Shown here one piece after another: positions 1-8,887 of a DNA stretch of 64,000 bases. The position numbers and the translations under genes were made by a program. Positions within the stretch are counted from its first letter, which is position 1. The number at the start of each line of letters is the position of its first letter. The notes beneath the pieces are model-generated. The model was not told where the DNA came from and ran no database searches. It was given only the letters and a program-made list of their open reading frames with translations. Source of the DNA: an uncultured Gammaproteobacteria bacterium (GTDB taxonomy: Bacteria; Patescibacteriota; Microgenomatia; Daviesbacterales; UBA10151). Where the stretch lies: positions 40,340-104,339 of the forward strand of contig CAYMZD010000001.1 in assembly GCA_964394855.1 (NCBI GenBank), read 5' to 3'.

Positions 1-655
1 AACCAAAGAAGGCATCACTTGTACCTTTACCAATCAACTAATTCCACCCACCTTGCTTTTAACTAAAACCAATAACAGGTTAGGTTCCAGTATCGGGCCT
101 GGGGGAGATGTCATCTATACCCTGACAGTGACTGCCAAAGGTAGCCCCATGAGCAATGTGAGCGTAACAGATCTTTTGCCTGCTGGTTTTGTCTATCAAA
201 CAGGCTCTTGGACAGCTAAGTCTAGTGTTCGGGGAGATCTCAAGGCTTTGGGTATTACCACCGAACCTACCTATGCCTCTCCTGGCGTTTGGCAATTGGG
301 AAATATGATTGTAGGTGAGGTGGTTACTTTAACTTTGCTAGCCAAGACGAGTGACAATATTGATCTGGGACTTTATAAAGATCTGGCTTGGGCCAAGGGT
401 ACTGGGGCAGATGAAAGTCGGGTTTTGGCTAATGCCTTAAGTGGTATTTTCGTCGGCACAGAAGTTAACGTGGTACGGGATGACCAGGGAGGAAAAGATG
501 TGAGTATCACTAAAGAAGAAGAGGTGTTGGGAGCCTCAATAGAGCTGCCAGCCACCGGAGCAAATGCTGGTTGGTTAGTACTGGCTTTTGTCCTGCTTTT
601 AACTGGAGTAGGTTTGGTGGCAACTGGTATTACCTTAAGGAGAAAATATGACTAA
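1..655 (+). CDS. Cell-surface protein with DUF11-like repeat and C-terminal LPATG sortase signal. The 5' end is truncated by the window edge.
   Basis: The frame is open back to base 2. The C-terminus has LPATG, then a hydrophobic stretch and an RRKYD tail. The body has DUF11-like LTVT...VSVTDLLPAGF segments. Confidence 0.65.
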   Translation, partial: TKEGITCTFTNQLIPPTLLLTKTNNRLGSSIGPGGDVIYTLTVTAKGSPMSNVSVTDLLPAGFVYQTGSWTAKSSVRGDLKALGITTEPTYASPGVWQLGNMIVGEVVTLTLLAKTSDNIDLGLYKDLAWAKGTGADESRVLANALSGIFVGTEVNVVRDDQGGKDVSITKEEEVLGASIELPATGANAGWLVLAFVLLLTGVGLVATGITLRRKYD

Positions 656-1604
656 ATTTTTATCTAAATTATTGGCGACTGCGGTGATGTTTTTATTCTT
701 GGCAGGGTCAGTTTATGCCAGCGATTTATCTGTCAGATTAGAACAACCCAAAACTCCCACCACTCTATCAAGTTTTAAGATCACCTTTGTGGCCTTAGAT
801 GTACAAGATAGAGCTGTGACTGTTAAATGTTTCAAAAAAGCACCAGGGGACGCTAGTTTCTCTCAATACGGAAGTGATATTTCTCTGCCGGCAGGAGGAG
901 ATACAGGCACTTGTGAAGTGACCTCTGCCATCCTCAATCAAGATGGCAACTTTGACTTTTATGTTTCTGCCCAGGCGAACGGTGACACAGAGCAAAGTTC
1001 CATAGTCACACTGAAGCGTCAAACTAGCAGCCCAGGTACTCCCCAAAGTTACAGTAAGGAAAAACTTGCCTCTGGTTGTGAATACAAAATTAGTTTTAAA
1101 ACTGCTGATGATAATGGAGAAACTTCCAAGGTAGAAATTTACCGATCAGACCAAACTAGTTTCAACGCTGATTCAGGTACCAGAGTGGGCACTGTTTCCA
1201 TAGGTTCAAATCAAGAAGGCAGTTTCACTAACAGCGTACCAGATTGCGGCAAGACTTGGTATTTTGCCATTCGCGCTTTCAATGGAGTGGGAAATGGTTC
1301 TGGAGTAACTGGTGATAGTGAAACTGTGGTGGTCACTAAAATTGCAGAAACATCCCAGCAGGCAATACCGGTGACAGAGTCGCAAGTTTCCCAGGGCAGT
1401 ATTTTAGGCCAAGCCATATCCGAAGGTGGGGAAGGCCAAACCCTGGGTGAGGCCACCAAGGAGGCCCAAGAGGAAATCACACCATTACCCAGTTCAGAAC
1501 CAACAGGAGCCGGGGGTCTTTTGACAGGACGCAATTTCTTCCTGGCACTTCTTGTTATAATAATCCTGGGCGGGATATATTTCTACCGCAAATCCAGAGT
1601 CTAA
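648..1604 (+). CDS. Secreted surface protein with signal peptide and C-terminal membrane anchor, a probable sortase substrate.
   Basis: N-terminal signal peptide (cleavage near VYA-SD). C-terminal PLPSSEPTG, then a hydrophobic segment and an RKSRV tail. The body is Ser/Thr/Gly-rich. Confidence 0.5.
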   Translation: MTKFLSKLLATAVMFLFLAGSVYASDLSVRLEQPKTPTTLSSFKITFVALDVQDRAVTVKCFKKAPGDASFSQYGSDISLPAGGDTGTCEVTSAILNQDGNFDFYVSAQANGDTEQSSIVTLKRQTSSPGTPQSYSKEKLASGCEYKISFKTADDNGETSKVEIYRSDQTSFNADSGTRVGTVSIGSNQEGSFTNSVPDCGKTWYFAIRAFNGVGNGSGVTGDSETVVVTKIAETSQQAIPVTESQVSQGSILGQAISEGGEGQTLGEATKEAQEEITPLPSSEPTGAGGLLTGRNFFLALLVIIILGGIYFYRKSRV

Positions 1605-1612
1605 CTTATTTT

Positions 1613-2203
1613 ATGAAAAAACTCTCCTCTGTCCTGATTATTTTAGGTGGAGTGACCTTTTTTGCCTCCCTGACCATATTTATATTGACTTTTTACCCTG
1701 TGATATCAACAGAGGTTAGCTACCAGCTAAATAAAACACAAAATAAGCCCCTTGAGCTAAAACCTGTGGATACCAATTTTGGGGTGGTGATACCCAAAAT
1801 CACTGCCAATGCTAAAGTTATAGAAAACGTGAGTCCCTTTAATCAGCAGGAATATCAATGGGCCTTAACAAAGGGGATAGCTCACGGCTTGGGTAGCTCT
1901 TTCCCTGGCCAAGTGGGTAATGTTTTCTTGTTTTCTCACTCATCTGTTAATTTTTATGAAGCACAAAGGTATAATTCAATTTTTTATCTTTTAGATAAGC
2001 TGGAAAAAGGTGATGTTATCTATCTTTATTTTAAAAATGAAAAGTTTCAGTATCAGGTCAGCGAAAAAAAGCTGGTTTGGGCAAACGAAGTCAACTATTT
2101 AAAGGGCCAAGGTTTTACTAAAACAGTCACTCTGATGACCTGCTGGCCTCCCGGAACAACTTTTAAAAGGCTGTTGGTGCTGGCGGAAATAGTCAACAAA
2201 TAG
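1613..2203 (+). CDS. Sortase family transpeptidase
   Basis: N-terminal TM anchor, an FLFSHS catalytic His region and the TLMTC active-site Cys motif. It sits directly downstream of two cell-wall-sorting-signal proteins. Confidence 0.75.
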   Translation: MKKLSSVLIILGGVTFFASLTIFILTFYPVISTEVSYQLNKTQNKPLELKPVDTNFGVVIPKITANAKVIENVSPFNQQEYQWALTKGIAHGLGSSFPGQVGNVFLFSHSSVNFYEAQRYNSIFYLLDKLEKGDVIYLYFKNEKFQYQVSEKKLVWANEVNYLKGQGFTKTVTLMTCWPPGTTFKRLLVLAEIVNK

Positions 2204-2214
2204 CATTAAAGCAT

Positions 2215-3198
2215 ATGAATAATCTGCAATCTCTTCACAGTCACACCATTTTTTCAGATGGACTTCTTAACCACCTGCAGGTTTTGGATGAGGCGGAGAA
2301 AAGCGGCATATCAGTTATAGCTTTTACAGACCATGATGTTTTGCCTGATCAAAAAATCATTAACCAGTTAAGAAAGAAGAATCATCCGGTCAAATGGATT
2401 TTAGGGGTAGAACTAACCTGTGGTGAGGTGGAGATGTTTCACATTGTCGGCCTTTTTATTGATCCCAAGAATATTGCACTGCAAAATCATTGTCAAAAAA
2501 TTCTCAAACAGCGAAGAAAAAGAGCCAAAGATACCATCAGTCATTTACAAAACCTGGGATTTGATATTTCCTTTAAAGAAGCCTCCAGTTTTGCCAAGGG
2601 TCCATCTATTGTCTGGCCTCATATAGTATCGGCACTTTTGGCTAAACAGCAAAATCATCAGTTGATGGAAAAATACAGGGAAAAGGCTGCACAGCTTGGC
2701 AAAAAAAATTCCAACTTAGAACTAAAATATCAGGCTATGATTGATCAAGGTTCTAACCAGTATCCTTACAGATTATTCCTGCGGGAAGATAGCTTTTTTC
2801 CTCCACACCATCAAAAAAGCGATTATCCAAATCTAGATAGGACGGTTTCTTTGATTAGAGGAGCAGGGGGTTTGGCTGTAATTGCTCACTATTCTACTAT
2901 CAGGGAAAAAGTTTCCCTTTTGGATATTGAAAAACTACTAAAACAAGGGAGAATTGATGGTTTAGAGGTGGTTTTTGGTTTTTGGGCCTATGGCACAGTG
3001 GAAGAAAAAGATATTGAACAAGATAGACAAGCTATAAAAAAGTTGGTTAAAAAATATAACAAGGTGGCTGCCGGCGGAGGCGATTTTCACAAAAGAGAGG
3101 ATTTTCAAAAATATACAGAGGCTAAATGGTATTCAAGGGATAGTATTGGGCTTTTTGAAAAAATTATCCAAAAATATCCCCAATTTGATAAAATATAA
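2215..3198 (+). CDS. PHP-domain metal-dependent phosphoesterase
   Basis: HSHTIFSDG and FTDHD motifs typical of the PHP (polymerase/histidinol phosphatase) fold. Confidence 0.55.
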   Translation: MNNLQSLHSHTIFSDGLLNHLQVLDEAEKSGISVIAFTDHDVLPDQKIINQLRKKNHPVKWILGVELTCGEVEMFHIVGLFIDPKNIALQNHCQKILKQRRKRAKDTISHLQNLGFDISFKEASSFAKGPSIVWPHIVSALLAKQQNHQLMEKYREKAAQLGKKNSNLELKYQAMIDQGSNQYPYRLFLREDSFFPPHHQKSDYPNLDRTVSLIRGAGGLAVIAHYSTIREKVSLLDIEKLLKQGRIDGLEVVFGFWAYGTVEEKDIEQDRQAIKKLVKKYNKVAAGGGDFHKREDFQKYTEAKWYSRDSIGLFEKIIQKYPQFDKI

Positions 3199-3205
3199 CT
3201 TAAGA

Positions 3206-3277
3206 CGGGGTGTAGTTCATCGGTAGAACGCTCGCTTTGGGAGCGAGAAGTAGTGGGTTCAATTCCCTCCACCCCGA
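3206..3277 (+). tRNA. tRNA-Pro (anticodon TGG)
   Basis: Cloverleaf drawn by hand. Acceptor CGGGGTG/CACCCCG, D stem GTTC/GAAC, anticodon stem CTCGC/GCGAG with loop TTTGGGA, T loop TTCAATT. Confidence 0.75.
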
Positions 3278-3284
3278 CTTAAAA

Positions 3285-4130
3285 ATGAGGAGATTAATTT
3301 TTTTAAGTTTAATACTATCAGTGGTGTTTTTAGTTTTTATTTGGCAACTGACTGCTTCAGGCATGGTCCAAAAAGCCCCGCCTTCAACTCCCACCAATAC
3401 TATATCCACCCTGGCAGCCCAGAAAACTGCTCCGTCTCTTCCTCCTCAAACAGGCAGGCAATCAAGGGTCCCCATTTTGCTTTATCACTACATTGGTAAC
3501 AATCCTATCCCATCAGATAAAACCAGGGATGCCCTAGAGGTTACACCTCAAAAATTTGACGAGCAAATGGGCTACCTTTCCCAAAATGGTTACACCCCCA
3601 TTACATTGGACACCATGGTGGCAGGTTTAACAGGCGCTATTTCACTTCCTCCAAAACCGGTAGTTATTACCTTTGATGACGGTTATGTGGATTTATATCA
3701 TAATGCCTTCAAAATCCTGCAAAAATACCAGTTTAGAGCCGTAGCTTTTATACCGACCGGATTAATTGGCACTAGCTATTATGCCTCTTGGGATATGCTT
3801 TCGGAAATGCAATCAAGCGGACTACTTTCTTTCGAGTCACACGCTGTTTCCCACTCCAATTTAACTAGTTTGACAAATGAGCAAATTACCAGGGAGCTAT
3901 CAGAAAGCAAAAACACCTTACAGGCCAAGTTTGGTATTCCTGTTAATTTTTTAGCTTATCCTTATGGAGCTTCCAATGGAGTAGTTTGGGAAAGCTTAAA
4001 AAAAACCGGCTATGTGGGAGGATTAGGAACTTGGAGCTCTAATATTCAAAGCGAGGGCACCATGTATAATATGCCCAGAATTAAAGTTTCTGGCAGTTGG
4101 ACCCTACCTGAATTTGCCTCCAGATTATAA
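3285..4130 (+). CDS. Polysaccharide deacetylase (NodB homology domain). The start was moved downstream of the tRNA to MRRLIF.
   Basis: ITFDDGY motif and a HAVSH region. N-terminal TM or signal segment. Confidence 0.65.
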   Translation: MRRLIFLSLILSVVFLVFIWQLTASGMVQKAPPSTPTNTISTLAAQKTAPSLPPQTGRQSRVPILLYHYIGNNPIPSDKTRDALEVTPQKFDEQMGYLSQNGYTPITLDTMVAGLTGAISLPPKPVVITFDDGYVDLYHNAFKILQKYQFRAVAFIPTGLIGTSYYASWDMLSEMQSSGLLSFESHAVSHSNLTSLTNEQITRELSESKNTLQAKFGIPVNFLAYPYGASNGVVWESLKKTGYVGGLGTWSSNIQSEGTMYNMPRIKVSGSWTLPEFASRL

Positions 4131-4144
4131 GGAATTGATTTTCC

Positions 4145-4399
4145 CTAGTTTTCCCTTGGTCTGGCGATATTAACCACGATCTTTCGATCATCAACATCTA
4201 GACCATTTAAATTTTTAACAGCCGTTTCAGCTTCCTCATCTGTTGACATTTCCACAAAACCAAAGCCACGAGAACGACCTGTGTCGCGATCTTTAACCAC
4301 TTGAGCCGAAACAACAGTTCCTGCTTGGGAGAAAATCTCTGCTAGCCTGGCATCATCAACTGCCCAGGGAAGAGAACCGACGAATAATTTTTTAGCCAA
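4145..4399 (-). CDS. RRM-type RNA-binding protein (TTG start)
   Basis: RNP-1 and RNP-2 motifs (LFVGSL and RGFGFVEM). The size, 84 aa, is typical. Confidence 0.75.
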   Translation of the reverse strand: MAKKLFVGSLPWAVDDARLAEIFSQAGTVVSAQVVKDRDTGRSRGFGFVEMSTDEEAETAVKNLNGLDVDDRKIVVNIARPREN

Positions 4400-4520
4400 A
4401 AAATATCACCTCACTTTCTTTCTATGCGCGAGGTGATTTTAAGTTAAATTAAAGTTCACTCTACACACTCTAGTCTTAAGTATGACACAACTTCTTTAAA
4501 AATGCAAGCACCAAAAGTAG

Positions 4521-4545
4521 CGCAATAATCGCGCAGGAAATCACG
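4521..4545. repeat. 25-bp direct repeat copy A (CGCAATAATCGCGCAGGAAATCACG), just 3' of fic
   Basis: Identical 25-mer found again at 5654-5678. Confidence 0.9.
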
Positions 4546-4549
4546 CAAA

Positions 4550-5608
4550 TTATTTATTAAGGATATAATATGTGCTGGGGCCCTTGCCTTGAGGTTTCAA
4601 TAAACCATTATCCACCAGTCTTTTAAGCTTCAGTTGAACCGAGCGTTTGGCCAGCTTTAAAATATCCACCACATCGCCGGAGGTAATCCTGCCTGTGGTA
4701 GACAAGAAATCCATAATCTGCATCTCATCCCGATCCAGGAAAATTTGCTCCGAGCGTTTACTGACCCTGCCAAAACCAATGGATTGAACCTGTTCCAGCA
4801 CTTTTCTGGCCTCAACTAAAAATCCTGTGGTGAAGTATTCCAGCCAATTGGTGAAATCTCTGCCTTGGACATATTCTTTACCTTCCTCCAAGTGCTCGGC
4901 ATTATAATAGGCCAGTCTACCTCGATTGTAATAATCTTCCAACACTAATATTTTTCTAAAATCCCAACCCATTCTGTAAAGTAGGAGTTGAGTAAAAAGT
5001 CTGGCCAAACGTCCATTACCGTCTGTGAAAGGATGCACTGACACAAATTCCAAATGAAAAACTCCTGCAATAATAATCGGGTGAGTGCCAGAATTTCTTA
5101 CCTTTTGCATCCAATCTAACAGATCACTAATAAGCTTGGGAGCTTTCTCGGCCGCAGGTCCTTTAAAGCGCAGCATTTCTTTTCCTCCTCCCAAATCATC
5201 CAAAACATAAATATCCCCAGGCCTAAGCTTACCCACCTTATCTTTTTCCACCAGACCATCCATCACTGTTTTGTGCATGAAAAGGATCTCTTGAAGAGTA
5301 AGATCGCTCTTCCGAAGAGCCATTTCATCCAGTAACTTCAAAGCTCTAAGATAATTTTCAACTTCCAAAATATCTTTTTGAGGAGCACGAACGCTTTTTC
5401 CTTCGGAAACTTTTCCCACTTCAAACTGCGCTAATTTATTACCCTCTATGGAGGTTGAGGTATGAGCCATTCTTAAAATTGCCTGACGACGCAGCTGGGC
5501 CTCATTTAATGGTAAAACGCGGGAGCGCTCCACTGCCGCTTTAATCTCGGCGATCTCCGCTATACGGGATAAAATGGTAGAGGTAATAAGGTATTTTGGT
5601 TCAAACAA
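4550..5608 (-). CDS. fic: Fic family protein (AMPylator), class II with intramolecular inhibitory motif and C-terminal winged HTH
   Basis: Canonical HPFTDGNGRLARL active-site motif. N-terminal STSIEGN inhibitory helix motif (S/TxxxEG/N). Confidence 0.85.
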   Translation of the reverse strand: MFEPKYLITSTILSRIAEIAEIKAAVERSRVLPLNEAQLRRQAILRMAHTSTSIEGNKLAQFEVGKVSEGKSVRAPQKDILEVENYLRALKLLDEMALRKSDLTLQEILFMHKTVMDGLVEKDKVGKLRPGDIYVLDDLGGGKEMLRFKGPAAEKAPKLISDLLDWMQKVRNSGTHPIIIAGVFHLEFVSVHPFTDGNGRLARLFTQLLLYRMGWDFRKILVLEDYYNRGRLAYYNAEHLEEGKEYVQGRDFTNWLEYFTTGFLVEARKVLEQVQSIGFGRVSKRSEQIFLDRDEMQIMDFLSTTGRITSGDVVDILKLAKRSVQLKLKRLVDNGLLKPQGKGPSTYYILNK

Positions 5609-5653
5609 TCGGAGCGCGCCTCCTTTCTACAGTTATATTATACCACAATATCA

Positions 5654-5678
5654 CGCAATAATCGCGCAGGAAATCACG
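5654..5678. repeat. 25-bp direct repeat copy B, just 5' of fic. It lies immediately upstream of a TATAAT -10 element at 5683-5688.
   Basis: Identical 25-mer to 4521-4545. Confidence 0.9.
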
Positions 5679-5680
5679 TA

Positions 5681-6409
5681 GTGTATAATGATCTTGTGAA
5701 AGCTATTTTGGTCATGCCTAAATCCTTAATGGTATTGGCACTTTTACTGGCAGCTTTATCTTCTATTATCTACTTTCCATCTTCAGATAGAATTCTGGTT
5801 ATTATTTTGGCTGTTGCTACTGCTTTAATCTCTGATTTGATTTTTACTAAAGTTAGGGGAGTGCCGCCGTTTTTAATGTCGGCTGCTTTAGTTTCCGGAT
5901 TAATCATTGGTCTTTTGGTATCTCCATCTTTGCCTTGGTACATACCAGTTGTAGCTGCTACCGCTGCCATGGGAATTAAAAATTTCTTTAGGGTAGGGGA
6001 CAACCATATTTTTAATCCTGCCGCCTCTGGTCTATTGGTGGCGCATTTAATTTTTAACCAGCATGTTTCCTGGTGGGGAGTTTCCTGGCAACAGTCTATC
6101 TTACCAGTAGCTATTCTTTTAACCCCGGTTCTAGTCTCGGCTTATTACCTGAAGCGTTACTCAATAATCTTGCCATTTTTGCTGGTTTATGCCATCCTAA
6201 ACAGGGTAATTTTTGATCCCACGGTGATTTTTTTTGCCATAGTGATGTTGCCTGAACCTAAAACCTCTCCTAATGAACTTATGCCACAGATTGCTTTTGG
6301 CTCTTTAGTGGCCCTGGGTTCATCATTTATCTTATTTGCAGATCCGCTCATAACTTCGCTCCTTCTGGCAAATTTACTATTTTACTTAGTCAAAAATTTT
6401 AAATTGTAA
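5681..6409 (+). CDS. Polytopic membrane protein, possibly RnfD/NqrB-like. The true start is probably at MPKSLMV near 5720.
   Basis: Multiple TM segments. An HIFNPAASGLL segment is reminiscent of the FNPA motif of the RnfD/NqrB family. The assignment is weak. Confidence 0.3.
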   Translation: MYNDLVKAILVMPKSLMVLALLLAALSSIIYFPSSDRILVIILAVATALISDLIFTKVRGVPPFLMSAALVSGLIIGLLVSPSLPWYIPVVAATAAMGIKNFFRVGDNHIFNPAASGLLVAHLIFNQHVSWWGVSWQQSILPVAILLTPVLVSAYYLKRYSIILPFLLVYAILNRVIFDPTVIFFAIVMLPEPKTSPNELMPQIAFGSLVALGSSFILFADPLITSLLLANLLFYLVKNFKL

Positions 6410-6416
6410 GCTCAAT

Positions 6417-6920
6417 ATGATTGAAGACGAAAATAGACTGTACATTCCACCAAGATATATTAAGGATCAAGAAAGACCAGTCATCTTTTTAGCAGGACCA
6501 ATTGTGGGGGCTTGGGATTGGCAGGCTGAAGCTACCTCAAGACTACTTAAAGAAAACTCCCACATTTTGGTGGCCAATCCCAGAAGACCAGAGCTAAATG
6601 CTGATTTTGATTATGCAACCCAAGTTGAGTGGGAAACTGACCATTTAAAAAGAGCTAGCCAGCTGGGTGTTATTTTATTTTGGCTGGCTAATGAGGTTAA
6701 CCATTATCATGAAAGACCATTTGGCCAAACTACCAGAATAGAGCTAGGAGAGTGGATGGTCAGACACGTCTATGAAAGGACTCGGATAGTTTTAGGGATT
6801 GATTGGAGATTCCCAGGAGCTAAATATATCAGGGACAGATTTCAAGCAGAATGTCCCAATGTGCCAATTAAAAACACTTTGGCTCAAACTTGTTTAGAAG
6901 CTTTAAAGTTACTTAAGTAG
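6417..6920 (+). CDS. Nucleoside 2-deoxyribosyltransferase-like protein
   Basis: N-terminal VIFLAGPI...W region resembling the Rossmann-like core of this family. Motif-level only. Confidence 0.35.
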   Translation: MIEDENRLYIPPRYIKDQERPVIFLAGPIVGAWDWQAEATSRLLKENSHILVANPRRPELNADFDYATQVEWETDHLKRASQLGVILFWLANEVNHYHERPFGQTTRIELGEWMVRHVYERTRIVLGIDWRFPGAKYIRDRFQAECPNVPIKNTLAQTCLEALKLLK

Positions 6921-6937
6921 TTTTTTCTTCTTATTAT

Positions 6938-7396
6938 TTAGGACTTAAGTGGAAAATTAGGGAAGAATTCAGGATGAGTTAATTCCGCCAAAATCATATG
7001 GTCACTGACTGGAGCCATAAACGCTAGTCTTTTTACTCTACGTACAGATGTTAATTTTTCGGAAACCGATTCGCCCAAGCTTTTTGATAATGGTCTGCCT
7101 GATCGGAGTCTGTCTTCACATCTACTAGCAACTCCTCTAGCAACCCTCTCCAGAGGTGGAGCCACAATCAGCCGTTCTTCCCTTAAAAGATCTTTCAAGG
7201 TCATCTCAAATCTGACTTTTGCTTCAGTTCTAGTAAATATTCTAGTAAATAAAGGTATTCCAAAAACTACAGTTATAACTGCATAAACATAGATAAGTTC
7301 CTCTAGCCTGTGATTAATACTGGCTTGCTCTCGATTAAAATATCCAGATTCTAAAAGCCTTTCTAGTGCAATTTGTCCGGGTGTTCTTTCTGGCAT
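6938..7396 (-). CDS. Hypothetical protein
   Basis: ORF only. One predicted TM helix. Confidence 0.4.
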   Translation of the reverse strand: MPERTPGQIALERLLESGYFNREQASINHRLEELIYVYAVITVVFGIPLFTRIFTRTEAKVRFEMTLKDLLREERLIVAPPLERVARGVASRCEDRLRSGRPLSKSLGESVSEKLTSVRRVKRLAFMAPVSDHMILAELTHPEFFPNFPLKS

Positions 7397-7507
7397 ACAG
7401 ACGGTATTTTAACTCATTATGAAGCAGGTTTCAAACTATGAGTGCTAATTCAAATAGAAGCCATAGCCGTGAGCGATGGTGAGTTTGTCGAACTAGAGTC
7501 GAACTGC

Positions 7508-7577
7508 TGCGGGACTAGGAGTCGGACCTAGATAGACAGATCCAAAGTCTGTCGTCCTACCATTAGACGATCCCGCA
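7508..7577 (-). tRNA. tRNA-Gln (anticodon TTG)
   Basis: Reverse complement reads GCGGGAT...ACAGA-CTTTGGA-TCTGT...CTAGG-TCCGACT-CCTAG-GTCCCGC-A. Acceptor, anticodon and T arms all pair. Confidence 0.6.
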
Positions 7578-7624
7578 ATACAATGCTAAAATTATATCAT
7601 GAAGTTTAAGCGAAAAGTGGATAT

Positions 7625-8203
7625 TTAAGTCTTACCAGTTAACAAGGCATCTATAATATCATGAGGTAGTGCAGCAGTGTTAAGCAAGGCTTTTCTGGCT
7701 AAGCTGCCAGCTTCTGAACCAATCTCATCTGCCGCCTTAAGGGTACCGACCACCGCATCCTTGGCCAGCTCACCCGTATCTACTCCTATTTCATGAGCTG
7801 CTTGGATAGCTCCTTCCACTGCAGAAACAGCAGCTTCTCCCACATCTCCACCTACCAAAGATACACTTTTTACCACACTGCGCGCTGCTTCAGTAGTAGC
7901 GGCACCGACATCTCCACCTACCTCCTTAACACCGGCAATGACCCCTGTCACTAAACCAGAAGAGGCTTGAGTGGTTGATACGCCTGCCCCTGAAGCCACT
8001 TTCACTCCTTCAGTAATAACCTGACCTACTGCATCTACCGAAGACGCTGCTACTTCACCACCGGCTTGGAGAGTTTGAACTATATTATCCTTGGCAATGT
8101 CTCTGCTGGTTGCCACCACATCTCCCACACCAGACACCACCGCAGATAAAGCATTTTTTAAATCATCAGCAATATTGGCCATTGATATTAACATAATACA
8201 CAT
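7625..8203 (-). CDS. Ala/Gly/Val-rich repetitive protein of unknown function
   Basis: About 20-residue periodic repeats of the form GGDVG..AA..AV..; no catalytic motifs. Confidence 0.45.
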   Translation of the reverse strand: MCIMLISMANIADDLKNALSAVVSGVGDVVATSRDIAKDNIVQTLQAGGEVAASSVDAVGQVITEGVKVASGAGVSTTQASSGLVTGVIAGVKEVGGDVGAATTEAARSVVKSVSLVGGDVGEAAVSAVEGAIQAAHEIGVDTGELAKDAVVGTLKAADEIGSEAGSLARKALLNTAALPHDIIDALLTGKT

Positions 8204-8244
8204 ACACTAAATTGTCAATACCAACAAAATCCAAATGACTTAAA

Positions 8245-8817
8245 CTAATCTGATTTGTAGATGGCCAATGTCAAGTTATCATTTTCCAGCCCAAACCTAA
8301 ACTCCACCGGATATGGCTTATTGTTGGTAATATATAAGTTTTGCACTGCATTAGTTAAGACCCGGCCGGGATAGCTGTAAATAGACACCCCATATTCCTT
8401 GGGAATATCAGGAATCTCGGCAAAATTATGGTTGGTGGGAGCTTCCACCTCCAGCCCGGCATTTTTGGCCACTAAATTCATCAAAGAAGCCAAGTGGCAC
8501 ACTCCATCACCTATTAAATATCCATCAGATTTAAAACCTTCTTGGAAGTTAAAATGAGCATTGGTGGTTTTGACAACTTTACCGTGGTATTTCTCAAAGG
8601 TATCTTCATGGAAGGCAAAAGTCTCACCTGGGTTAAGGGTAAACTTATAAGCTCCCAGATATTTTAAGGTCAGCAGGATGTTATCTCTAAAAACAGAGTT
8701 GACAAATCTATCAGGCTGTCTGTTGGTTAACGACATGGTATAAGAGGTTATTGCCTGCTCTGGTATAGGCCCTAGTAAGGAAATGGTGGCCATGATGGCC
8801 AGAATATGGTTTAACAT
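8245..8817 (-). CDS. VanW-like domain protein
   Basis: GDGVCHLASLMNLVAKNAGLEVE...NH segment resembles the VanW core (GGVCQ...NH). Confidence 0.4.
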   Translation of the reverse strand: MLNHILAIMATISLLGPIPEQAITSYTMSLTNRQPDRFVNSVFRDNILLTLKYLGAYKFTLNPGETFAFHEDTFEKYHGKVVKTTNAHFNFQEGFKSDGYLIGDGVCHLASLMNLVAKNAGLEVEAPTNHNFAEIPDIPKEYGVSIYSYPGRVLTNAVQNLYITNNKPYPVEFRFGLENDNLTLAIYKSD

Positions 8818-8887
8818 ATCGGCCTATTATATCAGACTATAAGCTAACTTGCAAATCTAGTACCGTTGGTGTTATATAATTTAGGTA

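Noticed and set aside
80-1534. Antisense ORFs inside the sortase-substrate genes (80-295, 373-555, 795-1046, 1211-1534, all minus), plus similar antisense ORFs inside PBP1A, pilus genes, gyrB and others
   Set aside because: They are short, lie opposite long motif-bearing genes, and have no motifs of their own.
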